A stretch of 63,506 bases of DNA, the filler included, from Phoronis australis (taxonomy: Eukaryota; Animalia; Phoronida), in NCBI GenBank assembly GCA_002633005.1. It is 8 parts of 8 records of this genome, joined end to end, with 100 filler letters (N's around TTAATTAATTAA, not from the genome) between each part and the next. Parts side by side here need not be neighbours in the genome. Positions count along the whole stretch, not along the records: positions 46,086 to 58,134 come from NMRA01001663.1; positions 58,235 to 61,135 come from NMRA01003333.1; positions 61,236 to 63,506 come from NMRA01003761.1; 5 more parts are not named here. The stretch is one strand, 5' to 3'. This document shows, piece after piece, positions 53,509-63,506 of this stretch; positions within the stretch are counted from its first letter, which is position 1; each line of letters opens with the position of its first letter. The notes below the pieces were generated by a model, which was not told the DNA's origin, searched no databases, and saw only the letters and a program-made list of their open reading frames with translations. The position numbers and the translations under genes were made by a program.

Positions 53509-54244
53509 ATAGCTGACGAGTAACCACTGAAGAAAATCATGGAGTTTCCAAGACACAGAAGAAGAACAAGAACCAGAATTTTTGCCATGCACTGAGGAAC
53601 ATAGTAGACCAATAAGAGCTTGGAATATTCTATGTTGATACTACCGACCAAAAGAAACTGAAAATAAGCATGTGTTCCTACTGGGAAGACAACAGCTGGC
53701 TTGAATTGTCATACAAAAGTACCTACTTTGTCATCCCCTTGTGGCCATTTTTGTGGGGGAAGCTGCTTTGTGTACTCAATAGCTTGCAGGATCTTCCTAA
53801 AAGGTGTTATCCTTTTCCAATCAAGATGGTAACTGACTATGATTAATTTTTGCATCTGATTTTTTTCCTTCTGTCTCCCAGTGTTCTAAACGGCTCCAAC
53901 AATCTCTATGAATGTTGACGTGTCCATGCGAAAAAACCTTTGTTGACATAGTTTTTTGAATGGATCATGCGACAGTAGCCGATATTCTTATTTGAAGGAG
54001 TCTGATAACTTTGGTGCCCCCAAATGGCATTCAATATATTTTGAACTGCTCTTAACACCCCTAGAAAACACTCTGTGTTTGGTGAAGATGTGGATGCATG
54101 TGAATGCCCTGCGTTATTGTGTTTTTGATACTTTTTAAGTTATGATCAAAACTGTCAATTTAAAATGCCCTATTAAAAATTCTAATTTCACATTATTGCC
54201 TCAATCAAGACTTAGAAATTGGTAAATTTTTGTATCAGCGTTAA

Positions 54245-56201
54245 GGTAGGTGTACATATACACTGATCAAGTCTCCAGGTTCCAAACTAAAATGAGTAAA
54301 AAGGGAATTTAACTAGTTAGACATGACCCTGAAATTGACAAAAATATAAAAAAAAATGTTTTTTGTAGTTCGTTTTTTTAAAAAATCGTATTTTTTAATT
54401 TTCAACAAATCCAATTTTACCTCGAAATTTTTTTCAAAATGTACAGGGATCATCATCAACTATTTCCTTACGCAATATTCTACTCATCCATACCAAATAT
54501 ATGTACAAAATCATTATGATCTTGATTTTGTGGCATTTTTGTGTGTGAGTTGGGGCAAGCACGCCACTTTTTGTCATTTGGTCACTTTCCGTCTAATAAC
54601 TAAAAATCTGGTCCATTTATCAAAAAACCCTGGCACGCGATTTTACTTCAGTCCAAGAGGATTTCAAATTTGCAACTTTCGTTAAAATTGACCCACGTGT
54701 TGTGGAAAAATAGGCCCGAGAATCGTGTCACTATCCTGAAATCACGAGCCGAGAAAAACGGCTTTGAAGTTAAGCGGTCATCGATTGCCACTTGAGATCA
54801 AATTTCGTTCAGAATGCGTGGTCATTATGTTCCAATTTTTGTTGAAGTACTAGAAATAAAGCTGATATTTACTTCATATTTAGAAAATGTGACATACCTG
54901 TTTGTTTACAGCGTAATTTTAATCATTTTTTCGAACTTGTGATGCACGACAGACGACCAAAACAAATATGGCTGTCACGTGGGCGGAGCTTAGCGTTGAT
55001 CTATTGTCTGCTGTACTGGTGTGCCGACCACCATGTGTTGATTGTTTATACGATTCATCTGAACTCTCCACTCAGTTTGTAAAAGACTCTCTAACTATAT
55101 TACACAGACCTATTTGTTAGTATTCCAATATTATCATCAACCAATATATGTGTTATATCAAATCGCCGCGTTACTGCCTACATAACAATATTGGCGACGA
55201 GGATAAAGAACTACTTTCATAGTAATGGTTCAACATTTTTACGTGCCTGTACCGAATGGACTTTGGGATAAGAAAATATCACTTTCTGCGCAAATAGCGC
55301 CGCTTGGGTGAGATTCTCAAGTTACTAAAGTTTCTTATATTGCTTTCCTCTAAAATCGTATAATATCATGAGTTTTAATTCAGGGTTACGTTTGAATCTA
55401 TGCACTAGAAAATTTTTTGTTATGTTGAACACTGGGTCATTTCTCTAATTCTTTGGGTTACGGCCAGTGGCAAGTTAAAAATCCTCTGGGTTTGACAGCC
55501 TAGTTTCTCCACGGCACGTTCCCAGCACAGAAGCACGGTTTATCTGCGAAGACTCTACTCTGACGGCATGTAGTCGTCCATGTGTCGCGCGCGCGGCTTG
55601 TCTTCACAGCGCGTGCATGCACTCTCACCGAATCGTGCAACACCACCCACGTCGACACTCAGCGTCCTCTCGCAAGACAACTGACCTTATATTACCGACT
55701 TCTCTTATACATGCACAATTTCTGCACGGACTCCTCAAGCTGAGTGCAGTGATGGCTTCGGTAGGGCTTGGCGTACTCAACTTAATTTTTTTGCAGATAG
55801 ACAAACAGGCTCAGGCTCGGAACAGGAGCTAGTTCACCATTTCACTACTAACTTTCACATGGTCAAAAATAGAATTGTTTTATTCTTGGTCTTGTTACAA
55901 CACCAATATCAGCTGGTACATCACTCTCGATTGCCCGGTTACGCAATGCTTGTTGACAGGGTTAGATTAGAGCTAGTGTCCTTGTATATAAGCTCCGCCC
56001 CAGTTGTCAATCACTGAGCTGGTGAGCAATCAAGCCATATGACTTACTGAGGCTTGGTCAAATATAGCTAAAAAAACAACTTTGGATTTTCAGAATGATT
56101 TTATTTTTCTTCAGTATACTGTGCATCAAGAATTAAAGATTAGGATGATATGAAAATGTAAAAAAACAGTCAAAATTATTTTTTTTGTGTATCCACCTAC
56201 C
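54245..56201. mobile_element. Non-autonomous Kolobok-type DNA transposon
   Basis: TTAA|GGTAGGTG ... CACCTACC|TTAA; internal inverted GGGCGGAGCTTA at 54981 and 55989-56000. Confidence 0.7.
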
Positions 56202-57816
56202 TTAAAATACTTCTAATGTGGAACTTATGTGCAAGAAATTCAAAGTGCTGGTGTAAGAACTGATGTTTAATGAAAATCAGTGATATTCACAGACTTGATT
56301 TTCATGTTTATAGATGTTTTGTAGTTAGGATTTCTAGTTTATAGTTGTTGTGATACAACTTTCAGTCAGCGTATGTTTCTCGTTGTCGTGCATGTAGGCT
56401 TGCACGTCACAAGGTGTGATTGAAAATTTCTTTTGATGTGTGATCATAATTGAACTTACATTTTGAAAGTATGCTGCTCAAGTATGTTACAGTGAGTGAA
56501 TATAACACCAATGCATTATACAGGTTGTTAACTTCTGGGGTTACTTGTCTCTGGACAAAAACAAGCCAAATTATACAATCAATAATCCGCAAGTTCAGTA
56601 AGTGAGGCTCGAACATAAAGAAACAATGAACTTGTTTTCTCATATTTACTTCCATGCTAATGGATGTGCATGTTGTAGTACCATTGAACTTACTCATTAA
56701 TAAGCCATTGTTGTTTTCGTGTTGGTTTTATGACATTTTGATAAGCTTTACAACATTTCGTCTTGTTTTAGTGTTTATTGATCATATAATGAAATACAGA
56801 TCTTCCGTTTTTCATGAAAGACGCTTTGCACTTCTTTAGGTACATTGTAGACATTTGCCATTGTTTCAGTGGGTACTCTCATTAATGATATTGTTGAATT
56901 TTAGGCAGGATCTGAAAATTGTTTCATGAAACATTGATAAATATAAACTCTTCAGCTGTAAAGTATTAGTTCATTTCTGTGACTCAATGTTGACAAGTGG
57001 ATCGTGGTCTTGGTGCAGTAGAGCAGGCAGAATCTTGAATGTGTTATTTTATTGGGATTCGTGTGATTTATTTGAGACCTGTCAGGAAATGTACACAACG
57101 TGTTTGAAATAACTTCGCTATGAGATGTCTTGCACACTTACTGCTTCAAATTTAACAGTGTGGCTCACTGACGGGTTCTTGGTCTATCCTATATATGTAT
57201 CGGATAGACCACTCAAACGATTGACGTCNTCAATATGACTCAGACACGTGCTCTAATATGCGGTCATGTACATAGTTTCTGTTCCCTGATTCCAAAACAG
57301 GAGAATTTTGCAATACACCGGAACATACAGTGTTGAGGAGCTATTGAAATCCCAACTGATAAGAGAGATTCAGATTTATCAGTTGGGAAATGGTTTGAAT
57401 TACCTCATATGTCTTCTAAATTCATTCACACGTTAGCCACAAAATAGTAAAAAGGAGATGGTTATGTGAAAGCACTGAATCCTGATCTTTTTTCGACTGT
57501 TTCACAAAAAAGGGAACTAATGTCTGACATTTTTTTCATGATACTTAGTGCATTACTGGTAAGCATATTTTTGTTTGTTTGTCATATCTTTATCCAGCAA
57601 CCCACATTTTGTGACCGCTGGTGCTTAACCATGTGTAATCTCAATGAATTCTTGAGCGGGACTGGCAGACGCAGACATGCGCAGTTGACAATGTAACACG
57701 CTATGTAGTAGGCACATCCCAAATTCAACTTTTTCCTCTCTTACGATTTGTATGATCGGCCAAGTTTTTTTAATGTTTTCTTTAAAAAAGTGTTTGAAAG
57801 GTGAGGAGCGTACACA

Positions 57817-57952
57817 CATACATGTAAAACACCTTCTCATTTGAAATGAGCTTTTCTCAAATAAATGAGCTTCGAAAAAAGGACTGAAATTGAATACTTA
57901 ATAAGGTATTGCCCAGACAATGCCACACTTGCAAATTCATTAATCGGTCTAT

Positions 57953-57998
<46 letters not shown>

Positions 57999-58134
57999 AT
58001 AGACCGATTAATGAATTTGCAAGTGTGGCATTGTCTGGGCAATACCTTATTAAGTATTCAATTTCAGTCCTTTTTTCGAAGCTCATTTATTTGAGAAAAG
58101 CTCATTTCAAATGAGAAGGTGTTTTACATGTATG
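57817..58134. repeat. Perfect 318-bp palindrome centred on (TA)21 at a contig end
   Basis: Arms are exact reverse complements around 57955-57996; the palindrome stops at the N spacer. Confidence 0.9.
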
Positions 58135-58794
58135 NNNNNNNNNNNNNNNNNNNNNNNNNNNNNNNNNNNNNNNNNNNNTTAATTAATTAANNNNNNNNNN
58201 NNNNNNNNNNNNNNNNNNNNNNNNNNNNNNNNNNTAGAATTTACGATATTTTTTCATGAAAATCATAAAAGTCTTGTTTTTGATAACCTCTCATGCAACT
58301 TTGGAACATTGTGAACAGCTTTTTAGAAAACAGTGCATGAAACACAGTGTCTCGTAGTTTCGTATGAATCTGATCAGCCATTTCTGATATGTGACATTCT
58401 GAAGTTAGTGAAATTCGGACTTTTTTCTTGGGTCCTACATAACCTTAAATTCTTTCTGACTAGTCATAATCAGATATTGATTTACTGCCTCTGAATTTTG
58501 AATTAACGTAATGGGGAAAATATCTTCCAACTGTAGATGCATTGTTGAAACATCAAAGTTCACATGAACCCAATCAGCCATTTCTAAGTTGGACATTTTT
58601 CTAAGGTAATACATAACCTTAATAAAGTAATAAAACAGACTGTGTTCCTTGGAATTCCAGTTTCACACATTCCTCTGTGACTCTGACAGTCAAAGACGTT
58701 AAATGGCCTGGGTTGTCTCATAATGAACTTGCTGAACATTTTTTTGTCTGAAGCTCGTCCAATTTCCCTGTGAAGTCCACTTTGCTATTTGCAG

Positions 58795-58918
58795 CAAGAC
58801 GAGCAGCTGTGCCAGTTGGAGGCAGCCATTCACGCTGCCCAAGAGGCGGCGCTGGATGCAGCGGAGAGTGAGAGTGTCATGACGGGCACGTCATATATTG
58901 ACGAGAGCAGTATGATGG
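58795..58918 (+). CDS. Internal exon of an unidentified acidic protein
   Basis: TATTTGCAG|...|GTGAGT; QDEQLCQLEAAIHAAQEAALDAAESESVMTGTSYIDESSMM; phase 0-1. Confidence 0.7.
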
Positions 58919-59531
58919 GTGAGTAAGGACTGGTATACTGAGTTTGTTAACTAGTGCTCTGAGTGTAGCGGGGTTTGGATTGTGTGCAGCGTGAAAAATA
59001 TTTCAGAGCATTTGTTTCACTGTGGTGCTTGTACTGCTGCCAACTCCAAAGTATTCCAACCATTGTGATGACAATACAACCATTAGAATGTTTTGCATCC
59101 CATTAAATTTTGATGTACATTTGGTATCCAGTGTGGAGATGCGTATCATGATGTACAGACCATGTTGTTGCTGTGTTGACATGAATTATGCGACTCTACA
59201 GACCACTCCAAGGGACTGGCTTGGAGTAAACCTCTAAATTCTGGAAAATAAGTTGGTGTGAGAATAAGTATTTGATGATCAGATTATTTGGAATTGAAAA
59301 CCTACATCACACACTGGTTCTCAAAATATGGACCCCCTGTAAGTGACCGTTTCCACTGTGTCTTCTAACCACACCATTTTTTTCTATCATCCTAGTTCTA
59401 GGTTGCTGTTGTATAAGTGCCAATATTATGAATATTATTATCACTAATTATGTTTATAAGAAAACGAAGCCCTTGAAATGCAAATGCTTACACCATTCTT
59501 TTTTTTACAATTTCATTCCTCCCATTCAAAT

Positions 59532-59702
59532 AATACAATACTATACAATACTATACAATACTATACAATACTATACAATACTATACAATACTATACAATA
59601 CTATACAATACTATACAATACTATACAATACTATACAATACTATACAATACTATACAATACTATACAATACTATACAATACTATACAATACTGTACAATA
59701 CT
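59532..59702. repeat. (CAATACTATA)n decamer repeat, ~17 units
   Basis: Near-perfect 10-bp tandem array. Confidence 0.95.
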
Positions 59703-60120
59703 AATGTGTAGGTCAACTGTACACATCTCATTCACACATACGCAAGCACACACACTCGCATGCAGACACTCACACACAATCCTGTATCAATAGGTAAGCA
59801 GGAGGTTTTCAAGCTATTTCAAAAGATTTGAAAAGGCAAACTGTCTTGTTACACATTGCGCATACATATAACATGTACGCCATTGTTAATCTTTGTGAAC
59901 TGACTGACTCCAAGACTGCAGCCTGGCGTTAGTCAGTTCACAATGAAGCTTCAAAATAGTGGAAACACCCACTGAAATATTTTGGGCTTCAAAAACATCT
60001 GATTGATTTTGTACAAACATCGACTAGTGCCTGCTTATTTCAATCCGTGTTATTTGTGCTATTAGTTGTATAGATGTGTAAGTTGTCGTATGTTGCAGTA
60101 ACTGTCTTGTTCTGCTGCAG

Positions 60121-60227
60121 GTGCTGACTTAGAGAGTCTAGATAACTTGAGTCTGGCTGGCAGGGAGAATGTTACCATTATTGAAGATGGTACAATAGCC
60201 GAGTCTTCACAAGACTTCCAACAGGAG
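60121..60227 (+). CDS. Next exon of the same acidic protein
   Basis: CTGCTGCAG|...|GTGGGT; GADLESLDNLSLAGRENVTIIEDGTIAESSQDFQQE; phase 1-0, fits both neighbours. Confidence 0.7.
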
Positions 60228-61014
60228 GTGGGTGTGTGGCAGGGTGTCTGTGTTTGATTATAAGGTTGGGAAAGGACATTTTTGCATTTTTTGGAATTTT
60301 GACTTTAAATGGAAAACCGTGAACCAGCAGTCGTGGAAGAGCGTCTGTAGTTGGATCTGAGGTTACGGTACAGTTGACAATGTGTCTATTCACTCACTTG
60401 TGTTCAAATTTTGTCATCAAAACTGACGTATCTCTTGAAAGTTGACCTTTTGATCTCATGTTGGCTTCTTTGTACAGTAGCTTGTATTATTGTGATGTGT
60501 TGATCTCGTGATTGATTAAAGCAGCAGTGTACATAATCAGGTGTCGCAAAGTCATAGAATACACCTTAAAGCCGCATGCAGCGTAACTTAGGTCAAACTA
60601 AAATGGCAAACTTTAACTGGAATGAATCAGGTTAGCGATGATGAGTCTTTCCATTGAAACAATCGGTGGACTTCATTGTTTTATTGTGGGTAATTAGGAA
60701 TGATAACTCACTGTATTAAAAAAACAGCAAAGGGCTCTATCACAAAACGTGAACCAAAACAATATTTTTTTTTCAAAAATGGCACTTCATGGGCCTCTAA
60801 CCATTGTCAGACTGTTGTGTGAGTATTGTGCTTTGTGCTACAGGACCTCTCTGTTACTTGTTCACGTCCTCACTTAAACCTGACATATACACTTTGGATG
60901 TCTCATATTAGTAAAGCTGGCTTTAGCTAAAAATTATTGCCTGGTTCAGCAGACATCTCTTATTGGTAATTGGATGTACTTTGTAGTCACATGATGCTAT
61001 TATTTATTGTGCAG

Positions 61015-61114
61015 GTAATCCCAGGTGAGACTGACATTGTTGATATTGAGGGCGAAGGTGAGATGTTCTCAGTCATACCTGGTCAGATGGAGGAGACAGC
61101 TGATGACATCATTG
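61015..61114 (+). CDS. Third exon of the same acidic protein
   Basis: TTGTGCAG|...|GTGAGT; VIPGETDIVDIEGEGEMFSVIPGQMEETADDII; phase 0-1. Confidence 0.7.
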
Positions 61115-61536
61115 GTGAGTGAGCACACGGGGGGGNNNNNNNNNNNNNNNNNNNNNNNNNNNNNNNNNNNNNNNNNNNNTTAATTAATTAANNNNNNNNN
61201 NNNNNNNNNNNNNNNNNNNNNNNNNNNNNNNNNNNTTCAACGCCGGTAAGTCCATGATTTTTACATGTAGCACCCCAGTCATGCTTGCGCAATGAGATCC
61301 AGTAGTAGGCGTCATACGGCAAGATGTTTTCTCAAGTACTTACTGTGAGTCCAGGTCCCCTGTTCTAATATTTGTACTTGAAATCGATGTGGTAATTATT
61401 CCCAACATTTTCTATTCTACATGTACGTTTGTGCGAACTAAAGATATGTGTCTGATGTCTGTTTGCTCGAGCCATATTGTGGTTTGGGTGGATGACTGTC
61501 TAAGCAGCATAGTCATAGCTCGTTATAGGTACTACA

Positions 61537-62586
61537 TTGTATACTTTTACAACCTCCATCAATAACGAACTGTTTTTGTTCAATATAGGAACACTACGTC
61601 TACGACCAGTGTCTCCCAGGCATAGAGAGAAGCCGCCGCTGATTCTATTTTGGACAAAATTTTTCAAACGCAGCGATTGGTATGTCGGAGTTGGCGAGGT
61701 AAAACATTTACGAAACTGTAACGTAACCTGTGAAATCACTGCCGATAAATCTCGATTTAATGAAAGCAAAGCCATAATCATTCACCCCCGCAATACTGTA
61801 AAGCGGTTGCCAAGTAACCGCCGGCCATGGCAACATCTGTATTTTTTCCTCAAGGAAACGCCTATTAATACTCCAAACCTCAAACGCTTTGCAAACGTGT
61901 TTAATTACACCATCACGTATCGTCGAGATTCGGATATCCCTGCGCCTTACGGATACATAAAAAGGAGGGCAACACCGCCGACTAACCTTCCCGTTAGATC
62001 TTTTGAAAGAAGAAACGGCGTTGCAGTTTGGGTTGTGAGTAACTGCCAACCTCAAAGCAAAAGACACAAATTCGTGCGCCATCTTCAAAGATATCTTCCT
62101 GTCAAAGTGTTTGGAGCATGCGTAAAAAGACGATGCAACAAAGCGTGTTTTGAAAAGCTAAAGAGGACTTTCAAATTCTATCTGTCGTTTGAGAACTGCC
62201 TTTGTAGTGATTACGTTACAGAAAAACTTTACAGGACCTTGGAATGGGGTTTGATCCCTATCGTTCTTGGTGGGGCAAACTACACGGAGTTATTACCTCG
62301 CAACAGCTATATCAGTATAGCTGATTTTAATTCACCGAAAGACCTGGCACGATACGTTCTGAAGGTTTCAAAGAACGAAACTCTGTACAATACCTTTTTT
62401 GATTGGAGGAGGCATTATGACATTGGCTATGTTACCTGTGAAACGATTTTCTGCAAGCTCTGTAGACACATTCAAGGTGATGGCGACTTGAAACCAAAGA
62501 TATACAAAGACTTAGACAGGTGGTGGAGTAAAAATCAATGCAGATCTCCTGAAAAACAGTTTCCGCATTTAGCAAAGTATTTTTGA
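61537..62586 (+). CDS. Alpha-1,3-fucosyltransferase (glycosyltransferase family 10) catalytic exon; real exon probably starts at 61589
   Basis: ILFWTKFF, FFLKETP, FNYTITYRRDSDIPAPYG, VWVVSNC, FKFYLSFENCLCSDYVTEKL (alpha-1,3-FucT motif), PIVLGG, YNTFFDWR; acceptor TTTTTGTTCAATATAG; no transmembrane anchor in this exon. Confidence 0.92.
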   Translation: MYTFTTSINNELFLFNIGTLRLRPVSPRHREKPPLILFWTKFFKRSDWYVGVGEVKHLRNCNVTCEITADKSRFNESKAIIIHPRNTVKRLPSNRRPWQHLYFFLKETPINTPNLKRFANVFNYTITYRRDSDIPAPYGYIKRRATPPTNLPVRSFERRNGVAVWVVSNCQPQSKRHKFVRHLQRYLPVKVFGACVKRRCNKACFEKLKRTFKFYLSFENCLCSDYVTEKLYRTLEWGLIPIVLGGANYTELLPRNSYISIADFNSPKDLARYVLKVSKNETLYNTFFDWRRHYDIGYVTCETIFCKLCRHIQGDGDLKPKIYKDLDRWWSKNQCRSPEKQFPHLAKYF

Positions 62587-63070
62587 AACCCGCTCACCGT
62601 AACTTCAAGTTTTACATGCCGAGCAGAGCAGCGTGCCACTGAGTCTGTATAAGGATATTGCAATTGCAGTATTGAGATGTGCAGCTCCCAGTGCGAGCTA
62701 GTGTACAAGTATGTGCGTGCCCAGGTTTACCGACTATGGATAAATAGTCGAGTGCAGGTGTATAGACGGTACACATATTGGTCTTATTATAATATAACTG
62801 CCTGTTACAAAAGATAAAACTAATAAAACAAGAATATTCATGACAGGCAGTTATATGATAATAGTTTTATGATTATAATTTCTATTTTTTAATAATAATG
62901 ATGATGAAGATGATGACGATGACGATGATGATAACTATCATTATCATTACCATTATTATTGTCATTATTGTATATTATAAATATTTCATTATAATGTAAG
63001 CCCGTTTTCATGCTCATGCGCCTGCATTTTACAGAAATCAATTTCATGCGTCAAATGCGTTTCGCCGTTA

Positions 63071-63506
63071 CCGTAAAACCTCGCAATGAGCGCATACCCT
63101 AATGGTGAAGTTTTAGGCACCTATGCAGCTCGGGGAAACAGTGGGTTGCTCTCTGACGAGGGACCATGCACATACAGGGATAATTTGTGTTCTCTTGGTG
63201 ACTTTATAAATAGGTAGTAAATGTTATTGCATGAAACTGGCCTTGTGGCGTTTGCCCTGGCGATTGACAAGTCATTTCAATGCGTGTAAATGTGGTGCCT
63301 CAAACGAATTCGCTGCTTTTTTGATTATGAGCGCGCAAGAGAAGACGGAACATATTTGCGACGTTTCGTTTACTCAAAGTTAATGAGCCTAAACGCCAGA
63401 AAATATTTGTTTTCTCTTTCTCGCTTATAGTGATTTTCAAGGGTTTCCGTTATTCAATTTCGGCAAGGTCGTCGCTTTCTCGCAAAACTACCGATTGGAT
63501 GATCAA
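63071..63506. mobile_element. Probable left end of a pogo/Tc1-like element running off the window
   Basis: TA|CCGTAAAACCTCGCAATGAGCGC resembles the TA|CCGTA terminus at 44255; no partner end visible. Confidence 0.35.

Noticed and set aside
57817-58134. Long palindrome as a hairpin-RNA gene or hairpin telomere, with mirror ORFs
   Set aside because: Perfect identity, a (TA)n centre and termination at a gap fit an assembler fold-back.
59428-59793. ORFs with YYTILYNTIQ repeats
   Set aside because: Translation of the decamer microsatellite inside an intron.
61292-61344. Candidate first exon of the fucosyltransferase (MRSSSRRHTARCFLKYL, GTGAGT donor)
   Set aside because: It ends in phase 2 while the catalytic exon starts in phase 1, and I found no convincing transmembrane exon between them.
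62888-62968. Imperfect inverted trinucleotide tract as a structured RNA
   Set aside because: Low-complexity ATG/AAT microsatellite; the symmetry is expected from its composition.

Overview
Eukaryotic (invertebrate-type, AT-rich, spliceosomal introns) genomic DNA from a draft assembly. At least eight contigs are joined by 100-bp N spacers carrying TTAATTAATTAA, so adjacency across spacers is not guaranteed. Supported genes: the C-terminal exon of a TRIM-type NHL-repeat protein (-), a complete two-exon RAMAC/RAM cap-methyltransferase activator (+), five exons of ANKS3 (-), three in-phase exons of an unidentified acidic protein (+), and a GT10 alpha-1,3-fucosyltransferase catalytic exon (+). Mobile DNA: a young BEL/Pao LTR retrotransposon (5-bp TSD ATAGC), two Kolobok-type elements in TTAA sites, a hAT-transposase remnant with a 5-bp TSD, pogo/Tc1-like TA elements, MITEs, Helentron-like repeats and a ~780-bp satellite with a higher-order dimer. 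The best leads are a cluster of candidate frame-preserving 6/6/12-nt microexons in one ANKS3 intron, an apparent AT donor on the next ANKS3 exon, a Kolobok derivative built from two 5' ends, and an unidentified degenerate ORF present in three copies. I found no evidence that proves a wholly new biological system; all calls are by eye, without database searches.
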